The notes under the pieces: model-generated
What the model saw: the letters and a program-made list of their open reading frames with translations, nothing else
What the model was told of the DNA's origin: nothing
Databases searched by the model: none
In this document: positions 12,521 through 24,509 of the stretch, one piece after another
Layout: every line of letters begins with the position of its first letter
How positions within the stretch are numbered: position 1 is the stretch's first letter
Position numbers and translations under genes: made by a program
Assembly: GCA_030264375.1 (NCBI GenBank)
Contig: JASCQW010000128.1
Span: 15,598,211-15,662,210, forward strand
Direction of reading: 5' to 3'
DNA length: 64,000 bases
From: Carcharhinus longimanus
Lineage: Eukaryota

Positions 12521-13659
12521 CTGTGGCTGCAGCTCTCTCCAAGTGCCCTCTTTCTATGCAGCTGCAGGTCATGATGAGCTTGCAGTTGCTGCTCCTGCTG
12601 TTCTTTCTTATGCTGGTCATCTTAGCCCTCAACCGAAGTGCAAAGTAACACAACATAATTGGTATCCATACTGATCTGATAGATCAGCGCTCCCAAGTAG
12701 ATTGGATATATAAACCTCCAAAGCAATCAAAGTTACAACTCAGCACAAGTACTGTGAACAAAACCTTTCACACAGCAAGCAGCTGTGATGCTTCTGTACT
12801 TATCCACATATTTCCTTGGAATGTCTTTAAATTCCTCAATTGCTGCTGCGTTCTCAACTTACTGACAAGTTCCAGCAATTCCGGGAAACCCATGAATCCA
12901 AAGTTAAATTGCAAAAGCCATATTAACATTGCTGTAATTAACAATTAACATATTGAAATTGGCAAACTGCCACTCCTCTTGGGATTGTTTTACTCAGAAT
13001 GGTGCGCTGCAGTTAAATGTAGAAGTCAGCAGCAATTTTCCTGGATGTAACCCCATCTCCTCCCACTACACCCAAACTCTCATGCTGCTGCATATTAAAA
13101 TTCAGCTCATAGTCTTTGCAATGTTTGGGTTCATTGGCAATACTGCAAAGTACCACGAGAGGTTGCAGATCTGAACTTTTATTGGCATGGTTCTCATCCT
13201 AGCCATCTACAACAAATAAGCTATGAAACAATTTTTTAAAAAATTACAATTCAACTTTGTGTGTGCAAATTGCCAAGAGTAGTGTGGAACTTGCAGTCAG
13301 CAGAAAGTGTGGCTGTTGGAGCTGTGTTCCGTTACCTGGCAACTTAAGTGCAAGAACATTAAGAACAAAATTCTGTCAGCAATGAAAATTTAAATGCTTT
13401 TCTCTTAAAAAAAAGTGAAGCAAATTTGCATCCCTATTATGCAGCCATAATTTTGAATGCAAGAAGCCCCGCAAACAGCAGACGTGTGTCTAAAGTTAAA
13501 GCTCTATTCCATGTTTGTTCAGTGTGATATTCAGCTCCATAGAGTAGGAGGCAGTGAGGTTCTAGCCCAGTTTTAGCTGAAACCCCGATCCTACTCAAGG
13601 CTACTTTAATTATCTCAAAACTACTAAGTTAAAGTGCATAGCAAGAATTATGATTAAAC

Positions 13660-13865
13660 ATGACCACAGGATGTCGCAATGCTTTTTTGCAGCCAACATG
13701 ACTACTATTAAAGCACGCTATAATGTTACAATGCAGGAAACATTAAATATTTTCAGTACACCAGAGTAAACTTCCCAGCTTTTTTTCAAATTAGTGCTTT
13801 GGGGTCTTTTACATCCACCTGGGTGCAGCCAGGACTGCTGTTGAATGTCTCACCCAAAAGAGCCA
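13660..13865 (-). mobile_element. Deu-domain SINE fragment
   Basis: TTCAAAT.AGTGC..TGGG.TCTTTTACATCCACCTG...AATGTCTCACCCAAAAG is the reverse complement of the Deu core. Confidence 0.55.
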
Positions 13866-14676
13866 TTGCTGCCAAAGCTATGTCAAGAACTGGAAAAGAT
13901 TGTTGTAGATCATCCCAGCAGCTCAAAATTCTTCCCATTCCTCTCTAACAAATTCATTCCAGATACTCTCAGATTTTCTATTACAAAGATCAAGGGTATG
14001 AAAATAATCCAGGGCTCCAGTTGGATAATAAATGTAGTCGTGCTGTCACAATGGTAACTCACTCCATGGGCTCAAACATCAATACCGGCATCTGTGACGA
14101 GGTATTAAAGGGTGGACAACATCCACAAAACAGGGAGGACTGTGGGAAAGGATTGAGGCAAAATTGTGGCAAGGGGTTTCATTTTAACATCCGAGAGAGT
14201 GCGGTTTTAAATATGATCATCTTTGAAGGGTGAAGATGCATTCTGTTTACATTTACTAATGGAAAGTTGTGCCTTTTCATGCACAGATGTGTTACACCAA
14301 GCTCCGGAACCAAGATGTCAAAAGAATTCAACAGTGGGAGAAGAATTACCAAACTAGACTGGCATTTGCTCCTTTACTTAGCTCTTGATCTTCACGCACA
14401 CCTCCTCCCCTCCTTATTTGGCCACAAAACAGGGAGGGTGTCACTGAGATCTTTTTTTTTAAAACCTGTCATTTTGACAAAATCCTCTCTACTAAAGACA
14501 CCTGATCCCACCTACTCCAGCATCTACTTGGGATGACACAACAGAGATTGGGAATTCACCTAACGATTAAAAGGTGGGTATGCAAGTTGCAGATACACTG
14601 CAGCGTATTACAATATAGTGTACCACACAATAGTTCAAGCATGGCATGGAGCTGAAAGTGCCAAAATGAAAGTCAG

Positions 14677-15344
14677 CACTTGAAGCACCAAATGTTTTTA
14701 TAGTGCAGGGTTATAAAAACAGACACTTGAACAAGAAAAACCACGTGGCATTGTAGGGCAGGAATTTTCATTACTCATGACTAACCAAAACTTAACTCGT
14801 CATCATTTTGTCAACATTTTTTTAGAAAATTAAAAACAACTCAATAGTAGTAATGTCCATTGATTAAAAATGAGTATTAGACATGTTGATGTCCCAGTCA
14901 TCAATCCATTGATTATGTAATAATTCATCAAAACCAACAAGGCTGTATGATCCAGGCACATTATACTAGAGTACACCAAATGCTGCATTATAACACAAGG
15001 TAAAAGCAAAATACTGCAGATGCTGGAATCTGAAACAAAAACAGAAAATGCTGGAAAATCTTAGCAAGCCTGACAGCATCTGGAGACAGAATAGAGCCAA
15101 AGGATTGGGGACTGGGACATCAACATGCCTAATACTCATGTTTAATCAATGAACATTATTGCTGTTGAGTTGTTTTTAAGCTTTCTTAAAAAAAAGTTGA
15201 CAAAATGATGACAAGTTAAGTTTTGGTTAAAACCATGGTAGGATGAGTAATGAAAATTCCTGCTCTACAACGCCACGTGGTTCTTCTTGTTCAAGTGTCT
15301 GTTTTTACAATCCTGCACTATAAAAACAGTTGGTGCTTAAAGTG
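14677..15344. repeat. About 240-bp inverted duplication (arms 14677-14911 and 15098-15344)
   Basis: The arms align as reverse complements over their whole length with scattered mismatches and one short indel, for example AAAAACAGACACTTGAACAAGAA versus TTCTTGTTCAAGTGTCTGTTTTT. Confidence 0.92.
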
Positions 15345-15460
15345 GATGACCCTTTGTCTGCGCTGATGAATGATGATCCAGAATCAAAACGTTGGCTCTG
15401 TTCTCTCTCCACAGATGCTATCAGACCTGCTGAGATATTCCAGCATTTTCTGTTTTTGTT
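14998..15460. mobile_element. Penelope-like foldback (family A) interrupted by the inverted duplication
   Basis: AAAAGCAAAATACTGCAGATGCTGG...AGAGCCAA, then the insert, then GATGACCCTTTGTC, then an inverted copy ending CCAGCATTTTCTGTTTTTGTT. Confidence 0.7.
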
Positions 15461-15469
15461 GTGGGACCC

Positions 15470-15722
15470 TACTTCCTTGTTCATGTGGATGCAAAACATT
15501 CCATGGTACGACTTGCTGAGTAAGAAAGGTGTTCACTCAATACCTGGGCAACATCTATCCCAATAGGTTAAACAGTTACTCATCTCACAGGACTCATGGC
15601 ACTTTGTGGGAATTGATTGCCATATTTGCCAATAAAATAGCAACCACAGTACAAAAGTTATTTAATGGCTGTGAAAAGCTTTGGACAATGAGGAGGTGGA
15701 AGGTGCTTTATAGAAGCATAGC
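15470..15722 (+). mobile_element. Deu-domain SINE fragment
   Basis: GTGGATGCAAAACATTCCATGG core and TTAATGGCTGTGAAAAGCTTTGG...GGTGCTTTATAGAAGCA tail. Confidence 0.5.
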
Positions 15723-15744
15723 AGGAGGCTCGCCATATCTGTGC

Positions 15745-16808
15745 TAGCCAAATAAACAATCCAGCCTACTTGTACTTTGCAGCTCTTGGTCTGTAGCCCT
15801 GTAGGCTATGGAACCTCAAGCTCACATCCAAGTATTTGCAGAAGATTGTGGACAAAGTTATCCATTTTGGTAGCAAAAAAAAGAAAGGGCAGATTATTAT
15901 CTGAACGGCTATAAATCGAGAGATGGGAATACGCAACGAAACTTGGATGTCCTTGTACACCAGTTGCTGAAGGTAAGCATGCAGGTGAAGCAGACTGTAA
16001 AGGTGGCAAATGGTATGTTGGTCTTCATTGGTCCACCATCCTTTTAGGCAGTGAGTTTCAGACCTTCACCACCCTCTCAATGCAAACATTTCTCCTCAGC
16101 TCCCTTGTACACAAAACCAGGGAGGTTATGTTTCAGTTGTACAGGACACTAATGAGACCACATTTGGAGTAGTGTGTGCAGTATTGGTCACCTTATTTAA
16201 GGAAAATAGTAAATGTGTAGGAAGCAGTTCACAGAAGGTTTACCAGACTGCTACCCAGAATAGAAAACTTCCTTAAGAGGCAAGGTTAGATAGGCTAGGC
16301 TTGTATCTGTTGGAGTTTAGTAGAGTAAGACGCAATTATACAATCCTGAGGGGTCTTGCCAAGTAGGATGTGGAGAATGGGGAGTATATTTCCTCTTGTG
16401 GGAGAATCTAGAACAAGGGGTCACAGTTTAAAAATAAGGGGTCACCCATTTAAAACAGAGGGGAGGCGAATTTCTCACTCAAAGGGTCATGAGCATTTGG
16501 AACTCTCTTCATGATCATTCTTCCAATTACTTTAAATTTATGCCTCCTGGTTATTAACCTCTCGTTAAGGGGTTCCACCCATATGATCTTAAGACACCTC
16601 AATTAAATCTTCCTTCAAGCTTCTCTCTTCCAAAGGAAACCATCTCAGACTCCAAACTTTTTATCTGGCAACGTGTGTTAGATCGCCTTTATACTCCCTT
16701 TAGTCAGATCACACATTAACATTGTGGTGACCAGACTGTGAGCAGTACCCTAGCTGAGGCCTAGTGTTTTATACAGTTCTAACATAACCTCCCTGATCTT
16801 ATATTGTG
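15745..16808. mobile_element. Cluster of CR1 LINE 3' fragments in both orientations
   Basis: Plus-strand pieces (e.g. CCACATTTGGAGTAGTGTGTGCAGT, GGAGAATCTAGAACAAGGGGTCACAG) are interleaved with a minus-strand CR1 copy. Confidence 0.75.
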
Positions 16809-16812
16809 CAGT

Positions 16813-16885
16813 AAAAAGTCTGACAACACCAGGTTTTAGTCCAAATAAATAGGTTGGACTAAAACCTGGTGTTGTCAGACTTTTT
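16813..16885. repeat. Perfect 32-bp-stem hairpin made of two Penelope family B termini
   Basis: AAAAAGTCTGACAACACCAGGTTTTAGTCCAA, 9-nt loop, TTGGACTAAAACCTGGTGTTGTCAGACTTTTT, then an N gap. Confidence 0.9.
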
Positions 16886-16985
16886 NNNNNNNNNNNNNNN
16901 NNNNNNNNNNNNNNNNNNNNNNNNNNNNNNNNNNNNNNNNNNNNNNNNNNNNNNNNNNNNNNNNNNNNNNNNNNNNNNNNNNNNN

Positions 16986-17144
16986 CTCTAACCTACGCAT
17001 CCCTGGACACTAAGGGGCAATTTCTTAGCGTGGCCAATCAACCTAACCCGCACATCTTTGGAATGTGGGGGGAAACCAGAGTACCCAGAGGAAACCCACA
17101 TATAGACACGAGGAGAATGTGCAAACTCCACACAGACAGTGACC
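16986..17144 (-). mobile_element. HE1/V-SINE-type SINE fragment
   Basis: V-domain reverse complement: GGCCAATC.ACCTAACCCGCACATCTTTGG...GAGAATGTGCAAACTCCACACAGACAGTGACC. Confidence 0.85.
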
Positions 17145-18779
17145 TATATATTAAGCACTTTTCATGCCCTCCGTGCTTGATCCCGACAATAAACCAGGAA
17201 GTATTATCCTCAGCACTAATCACCTCCTCTTAATGAGATCTTACAAGCCTTCTGTACTCAGTTTCTTCCACAATAAACCAAAGTTTTGCTCACCAGCTCT
17301 CAAAAATGCATTGGGAAAGGAATAAATAATACAACGAAACACACAAGTAGACCACAAATCCCAGAATTCATTCTGCTCTCATTAAAAACAAGAATTATGA
17401 ATGGCCCCTAACTGACCACTTCAGTCATAGAACAGAGGGAGAAGGGCGTGAGGAGAAATAGTATTTCCAGCAGAAACCCAAAATAAATGTTCGGCTGTAG
17501 AGGTTTTATTTGTGGGTATTTTTCATTGCAGGCTTACTGTTGAAAACGTCAGACCATACATATCCGTACTAGAAGTGAAGAAAGCTGCTCTATGAATCAT
17601 ATCCACAATTAGTCTTATAAGGAAGTCTGCTTTTCTTGGAAAAAAATCACCATACTACATCTTAGATTTTAATGTCCACTGACAAATCCAATCAGACAAC
17701 TAGTCAACAGGAAATCTTCTGAACATACAATCATGTTTTCTGTCAGCTCTCGAGTCTGTGGGTACCTTTCTGTGACTGTGACTATAACCATGCACTGGCC
17801 ATGAGTCACCCTCTCCATTCAGGAATATTACACCGACTCGGCCCACTCCTGACTCACAGCCATGACTACAGTATGTCCACAAAACAGCAAGCAGCAACAG
17901 GAAATAAACTGATCTATACTGATTTTAAAGTGATTTCTCATTGAAGGATACTACCTTTCACACACCAGCAGTAATAATCTTAAAGGGCTGTATCAAGGAT
18001 GTTGTAGTTGCTGCAGTAACAAAACATTTTACAGATATAAATGCATAATATATAAAGTTTTGTCACTTGCTTCTTTGCAGTATACCATTATATAATAGAT
18101 TATGATTCACCAGTTAAATTAAAACACATACACAGCTTCTCTATATTAAAGTCACTTCTAGCATTTATTTTAGGAAAAACCCATTTTGTGCATGTGAACA
18201 CTTATGCCTATTACCTCCTACAGATGTTACGCAACACCATACAAAGAGTCCTGTGTCTCTGACTTAAAAATTAAAGCCCTTTTACATGTGTAAAATAAAT
18301 CTAAAAATTACAAGAAAGAAAGATCAGTGCTAGGTTAGAGTACATACACATTATATAAATGGAGAGATATGCATTGAGAAAAATCAATGTCAGGTCACAG
18401 TAAACACACATAAATAAAGGGAGACACACGTATGTATTATTTGTGAAGGCATTTTAAATCATGGATTGGTGAAAAGTAAGTACTAGCAGTTTAGAAAACG
18501 AAGATGAAAGAGGAGGGGGCAAAGGATTTAATAATATTGCTAAAGTGCAAAATATATGAACAGCATTCAGATGTGAAGACCAATGCAAAAAAAATGAATA
18601 AATGGCATGTAATTGAGGTAATGCCAAAAATAAAGGTAGGTCCAGCTCAGATTATTGCACTCACCTTTGGAAAGAGACATGATGGATGCTGGAAATTGTT
18701 CAACAAATCCAAATAATGCAAAAGTTCATGAGTGCGTGTGTCCCCTGACACTCTCACTGACTGACTGACAGGCAGACAG

Positions 18780-19132
18780 ACAGTGCTAGGGGGTGGTGGG
18801 AGCTGGCTGCACTGCGAGGATTCACGGAGGGAGCTGCAGCTTGCCTGGGATGCCCAGGCTGAGGGAGAGGGGGAGAAGAACACCCGCCTTAAGACAGCCG
18901 CCGTGCTAATTTCATGTCGGAAGGAAAAAAATTTTCCCCCCCTCCTCTTGTTCTTTCAGCACAGCCAGTGACTGATGAGCTCGCTCACTCACACACACCC
19001 ACTCCAACTTGGGGCTGGAAACTAAATTTAAATTCCTCTCATCTTCACCCTCCAGGCCGGACAGCGAGCTCGCGTGCCGCCCCGCCCCGCCGGATCCTCC
19101 CCGCGCCCGCGCCGCTCCATCCCGCCCCGCCG
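18780..19132. promoter_or_regulatory. CpG-island edge / GC-box cluster, probable promoter or first-exon region of an unseen gene
   Basis: CpG density rises sharply to repeated CCCGCCCC boxes at 19076-19132, then the sequence is cut off by an N gap (19133-19966). Flanking DNA is repeat-poor. Confidence 0.65.
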
Positions 19133-19966
19133 NNNNNNNNNNNNNNNNNNNNNNNNNNNNNNNNNNNNNNNNNNNNNNNNNNNNNNNNNNNNNNNNNNNN
19201 NNNNNNNNNNNNNNNNNNNNNNNNNNNNNNNNNNNNNNNNNNNNNNNNNNNNNNNNNNNNNNNNNNNNNNNNNNNNNNNNNNNNNNNNNNNNNNNNNNNN
19301 NNNNNNNNNNNNNNNNNNNNNNNNNNNNNNNNNNNNNNNNNNNNNNNNNNNNNNNNNNNNNNNNNNNNNNNNNNNNNNNNNNNNNNNNNNNNNNNNNNNN
19401 NNNNNNNNNNNNNNNNNNNNNNNNNNNNNNNNNNNNNNNNNNNNNNNNNNNNNNNNNNNNNNNNNNNNNNNNNNNNNNNNNNNNNNNNNNNNNNNNNNNN
19501 NNNNNNNNNNNNNNNNNNNNNNNNNNNNNNNNNNNNNNNNNNNNNNNNNNNNNNNNNNNNNNNNNNNNNNNNNNNNNNNNNNNNNNNNNNNNNNNNNNNN
19601 NNNNNNNNNNNNNNNNNNNNNNNNNNNNNNNNNNNNNNNNNNNNNNNNNNNNNNNNNNNNNNNNNNNNNNNNNNNNNNNNNNNNNNNNNNNNNNNNNNNN
19701 NNNNNNNNNNNNNNNNNNNNNNNNNNNNNNNNNNNNNNNNNNNNNNNNNNNNNNNNNNNNNNNNNNNNNNNNNNNNNNNNNNNNNNNNNNNNNNNNNNNN
19801 NNNNNNNNNNNNNNNNNNNNNNNNNNNNNNNNNNNNNNNNNNNNNNNNNNNNNNNNNNNNNNNNNNNNNNNNNNNNNNNNNNNNNNNNNNNNNNNNNNNN
19901 NNNNNNNNNNNNNNNNNNNNNNNNNNNNNNNNNNNNNNNNNNNNNNNNNNNNNNNNNNNNNNNNNN

Positions 19967-20166
19967 ATAGGTTGGACTAAAACCTGGTGTTGTCATACTT
20001 TTTACTGTGTTTACGCCAGTCCAACGCCGGCATACCCACATCACAACTCTGCCGACATGGGCAGAACATGCAGATTTCACACAGACGGTGACCAAAGCCG
20101 CGAATTGAACCTGTGTCCCTGGTGCCGTGAGGCAGCTGTGCTAACCACTGTGCCACCATGCTGCCC
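19967..20166. mobile_element. Penelope family B terminus (19967-20040, +) joined to an HE1/V-SINE 5' part (20051-20166, -)
   Basis: GGTTGGACTAAAACCTGGTGTTGTC...CCAGTCCAACGCCGGC followed by ...GAGGCAGCTGTGCTAACCACTGTGCCACCATGCTGCCC. Confidence 0.75.
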
Positions 20167-22039
20167 AATGAAGACAAACAAACACTGAAAACTTTCCCTC
20201 CAAAACTAAGTTGCTGAAAGGCTACGCAGTGTTTCCCGTTGCCTTCAGAGCGGTGGGAACAGAGCAGAAAGACATTCTGTATCTGATGCAGTGGAATATT
20301 ATTGAGCCTATATATAGTTCAGTGTATTTTCTCTTCCCCTAAATATAGTTTCATGATAACGCTCAGTTCGCCTCCAGGTCTGGGCACCCAGTGTTAGGCG
20401 TGGTTTTGAAAAGTAGCCATGAGTCACCAGCAGGAACTGCCAAATTTGATGGTGTTCTTCACCTTGAATGGAATTAAGTGTAAACCTTGCAGACTGCACT
20501 CCCCCACCCACCCATCAGTTTATTTTCCTTTCTTATATATTCCCACATTTCATATTTGTGCCTCCCCTTTCTTCAGTTTTTTTCTTTATTTCTGCTGCCT
20601 TGAGATGACGAGGTACTAAAAGTGGGGTTGGAACTGATAGAAACTAAATTTTACTTTAAAATAATAAACCCTTGGATAATGTTAGAGTAAACAAACTGCT
20701 CCCAAAATTTTAGACTAGTGTGTACTTTTCTCAGAACCACATGCAGACATCCCAAGTTTCCAAACTTCATTCCAGGGAACACCTCTATCTATGTAGTCAA
20801 TATTTAATCTAACTTTCTCTTTCTTGCCCCATCTATTTCAAAATAAAACCGGTTTCACCAATGCCCTCCACCCTGACATATTCACAATTAAATATTTGAG
20901 AGAAGGGAAATTATTAGTCCATATATACCTCAAAACTGTTTCTGTCTTTACAAATAACAATACATGTTCTTGGGCAAAGTTGAACTTGCCTAGGATGTAG
21001 GGAAACACATTATTACTTACAGATGCTTATCTGGAAGTGGAGTATCTATCCTGAGCCTCAGGAAATACCAACTTGCATCTCTTCCAACAAAAAAATGATT
21101 TTCATTCCTACAGCTTTAGTTGCAAGTAAATAGCTTTGATGCAAACAGTCCTCTGACAGTACCTTGCAGGGAGAGTTTGATATTTGAAATATGAGTAAAG
21201 GAAGGCAGTGCAGATGTTATCCTAATTGAGCATGGACTGATTTACAGCTGTCAAATTATGGGAATAAATCCATAGAATTTATGGTATCAGCGAGGCAGAG
21301 ATATGATTTGGGAAAATTTGGTGGATAGTTTTATTTTAAGGGGAGGAAATTAAGGATCAAGTTTCAAAGAAACGATTTCCAAACTGGAAACAAAACGTAA
21401 ACTTTCTAAAGGGAAGGTTGTATGTGGGAAGTTTAACTGCTACACACATAGTTATAAAATGTGCACTGATGAAACTCCTTATTACATACCTGAGAAGGAT
21501 CTAAAACAAGTTTTTAAAAAGTGCCATAAGAAGCAATGGAATAAATGACCATGTTACCGAGGGAATACTTTTTTTTCTTGGCACCGTTGTGCTCTGTTGG
21601 TGACTTTACATTTACCAGGAATTCTGGAAATATAGTTTTCTCTCAGCACTGCAGTGAACCTGTTTATTTAGACTCTGGCTTAAGTTCTGTAGAAAGTTGG
21701 TTTTAATTCACCTAAAGATAAAGTGCTACCACTGATATCTAAATGTGCAGTAAATTGATAGAATATCCTCTGCTCTGTATTACTCTGGCCTTGTTTAATC
21801 ATTGAAAAATAGTAACTTGGTAAAATGAAACTTGAGTAACACTAAAAATCACTTGTTGAAGCTTTTCATTTCACACTCATTAGGATATTTGCAAGAATAC
21901 CAGACGTAAAGGGAACAACGATTTATATTTCATGAGAAGGGAGTGCTGATTGATTGATTGACAAGTGGCGCTAGCAGTGTTGCCATGGAGAATGCGCCAA
22001 TCAATGTCAGTGATCAGTTAAGAGGGAGGGCACATAAGA

Positions 22040-23032
22040 GGGTTACTCGAGTGGTTCCAAAGACGAGGGACTCTAGTTACGAGGATAGATTGGAGAAATT
22101 GCGTTGTCCATCCCACAGAAGAGAAGGTTAAGAGGAGATTTAACAGTGGTGCTCAAAATCACAAGGGGATCAAGCAGAATAAAGAGGGAGAGACTGATCC
22201 CATTGGCAGAAGAGTTGAGAATCGGAAGGCATCAATATAAGGTGAATGGCAAAAGAACAAATGTAAAGTAAGTAAAGTTTATTTATTCGTCACAAGTAAG
22301 GCTTACATTAACACTGCAATTAAGTTACTATGAAATTCCCCTTCTACTGCGAAATTCCCCTTCTTCCAAAAGGCGTCATGAGGTTAAAATTTTTAATGCA
22401 GGGAGTGGTTAGAATCTGGAAAGGACTCCCTGAGACAGATTTAATAGTAGTTTTCAAAGGGGAATTGGATAAGTACCTAAAAGTAAAAAAAAAGTACAGT
22501 TATGGGGAAAGGGCTGAAGAGTGAAAAGCTGAGTCACGTTTGAGCAAGTCGGTATGGAAATAAAGGTCTCTCCACTGTCACCATTCTATGATACTGCATC
22601 TCTTTGTGATCTTTCTCACTGTGCCAAGTTTAGTGATTTATTTGCTCTGCTAAGAACTGATTAGATTCTGAGGGGTCTTGATAGGGTGGATACTGATAGG
22701 ATGTTTTCTCTCATGGGGAATCTAGAACTAGTGGGCACAATTTTCAAATAAGGGTTCTCCCATTTACGATGGAGATGAGGAGGAATTTCCTCTGTCAGAG
22801 GGTTGTTAGTCTTTGGAATTCTCTTCCCCAGAGAGCAGTTGAGGCTGGATCATTGAGTATATTCCAAGCTGATTTAAACAGAGTTTTGACTGACGAGCGA
22901 GGTAAAGGTTATGGGGGATAGACACTAAGATGGAGTTAAAGCCAACCACAATCTGATCAGTCATGGTCTTATCGAATGCAGAGCAGTCCTGAGGGGTCAA
23001 ATGGTCTACTCCTGCTCCTAGTTATGTTCTTA
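22040..23032 (+). mobile_element. Two CR1 LINE 3' ends (22040-22595, carrying a small SINE-tail insert, and 22660-23032)
   Basis: AGAAGGTTAAGAGGAGATT motif, TCTAGAACTAG.GGGCAC motif and a CTACTCCTGCTCCTAGTTATGTTCTTAT tail. Confidence 0.8.
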
Positions 23033-24491
23033 TTTAGTAACCCTGGTGCTGGGAGAGATGAAATTTTATTTAATCCAATCAAACTCAAAGCACTGTACAA
23101 TCCATCTTACCACACTGTTCCCTCAATTTTTAAAAATTTGAACAGATACAACACCTCAGCAGTTCCAGGTCCTGCTGAACATTTTTCAATTTGGGCAAGT
23201 GTGGGGGTGAGTTAATTGGCCAACAATTTCTATCCACCTTGATATTCCTGGGAAGCAAACTCAGGCTGAAGAAAAACCAGATGTTTTCCTCGATTACTAC
23301 CATTTCAGATTAGTAGACCTGGCAGAGAGCAATCTTGGCCATATACTTGCATTAACCATTTTTGATGCTGTTAACAATGGAACATTGAATCCTCAATCAG
23401 CTGCACTCCTGTTAATCTTCCAACCCAGTAATCCAACAGAATTTCTGCAGATTAAAACCTCATCACGCAGTCTCTTTTATTTGTGTTTAATCTCCTGTTC
23501 CTGGTGAACAGAATCACCTTCCTCACTAGTATGTGGCGTCTTTTTTTTTCTGTTTTCTGTCATGAACAGAACGATGAACATTTCAGGAAAGAGAGAGAGA
23601 GACTTTGTGCTGACTTCACCCCCCTGTAGAGCAAGTCTGAAACATACAAGCAGCACAACCATGCCAAACAGGCAGGAGCTTTGTTGAAATATTTAAATCA
23701 TATTTGGGATTGCTAAATTTAGCCTTTCACCAGACTTGTAGGCTAATGCAACTAAATATTTTGTGACTGAGCAAGTGGGACCTGTGCAAGCCACTGGGAT
23801 AAACTGCTGCTGCTGACCCCACCACAATTTTCTAGCTTGCTGAATGCTCTTGAATTCAGGAATCTGTGTGGCCCACTTTTCTCCACTCCCTGAAGGCACT
23901 GACTTCTGCTGAGCCTCAGCTTCCCATTTGTCACTCAAGTGACCATTCTAACTATCTCAGTTGCGACTGTGTGTGTCCTTAAGCTATTCAAAGTCTCCAG
24001 TACAGTATAAACACTTGTGTGGGCCTGTTTGATGCTGGACATTCTATATAAAGAGTTGGGCGGGAAGTTGAAAATCTAGCCCATTGGTTAATAAATTTAA
24101 TGAACAAATTTGTCAACTTTTTTTTCAGAATTTGTCCACTTTTTCCAAATGACATGTTGATTAAACCAGCCCTCTTTGTATGACCTTGCTATGCCTAAAT
24201 TAGTTGCCAAGTTCCCTACAGTACAGCACTGGCTACACTTTAAAGTGTTTCATTGGCTTTGAAGCACTCTGCAGAATCTTGAGATTGTGAAAGACACTAT
24301 ACAAGTGCAAGTTAATTGCCTATTACTCTGTTTGCCATACATGTTGGCATGTACATTGCACTTCAGAAGTAAGTTGTTGGCTCTGAAGTGTGGTAAAGGT
24401 TACATAAATTGCAAGTTCTTTCATTCAGTTTACACCACCACCATCAGCTGCAACCTTTTCTCTAAAAGCATAGGGTGAGCTGCTGCTAACC

Positions 24492-24509
24492 CCCCTGTAG
24501 GTGGCAGTA
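24492..24509 (+). promoter_or_regulatory. Candidate CTCF binding site
   Basis: CCCCTGTAGGTGGCAGTA is close to the CTCF core consensus CCASYAGRKGGCRS and lies in non-repetitive DNA. Confidence 0.45.

Larger units (their letters stand above)
9597..13110. mobile_element. Decayed two-gene PIF/Harbinger DNA transposon (convergent Myb/SANT ORF and DDE transposase)
   Basis: Contains the two pseudogenes listed below. The ends show degenerate inverted similarity (GATGGATTTTGAACTCCCAGCATG at about 9597 versus the reverse complement GAGCTGAATTTTAATATGCAGCAGCATG at about 13108). Confidence 0.6.

Noticed and set aside
18914-20188. Long ORFs of 298-424 aa in the ORF track (and similar ones at 4.1-4.5, 7.5-8.0, 10.3-10.9 and 44.0-44.9 kb)
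   Set aside because: They are artefacts of translating through N gaps.
21955-21975. CTCF-like GACAAGTGGCGCTAG
   Set aside because: The 5' half matches poorly and it lies in a probable repeat remnant.
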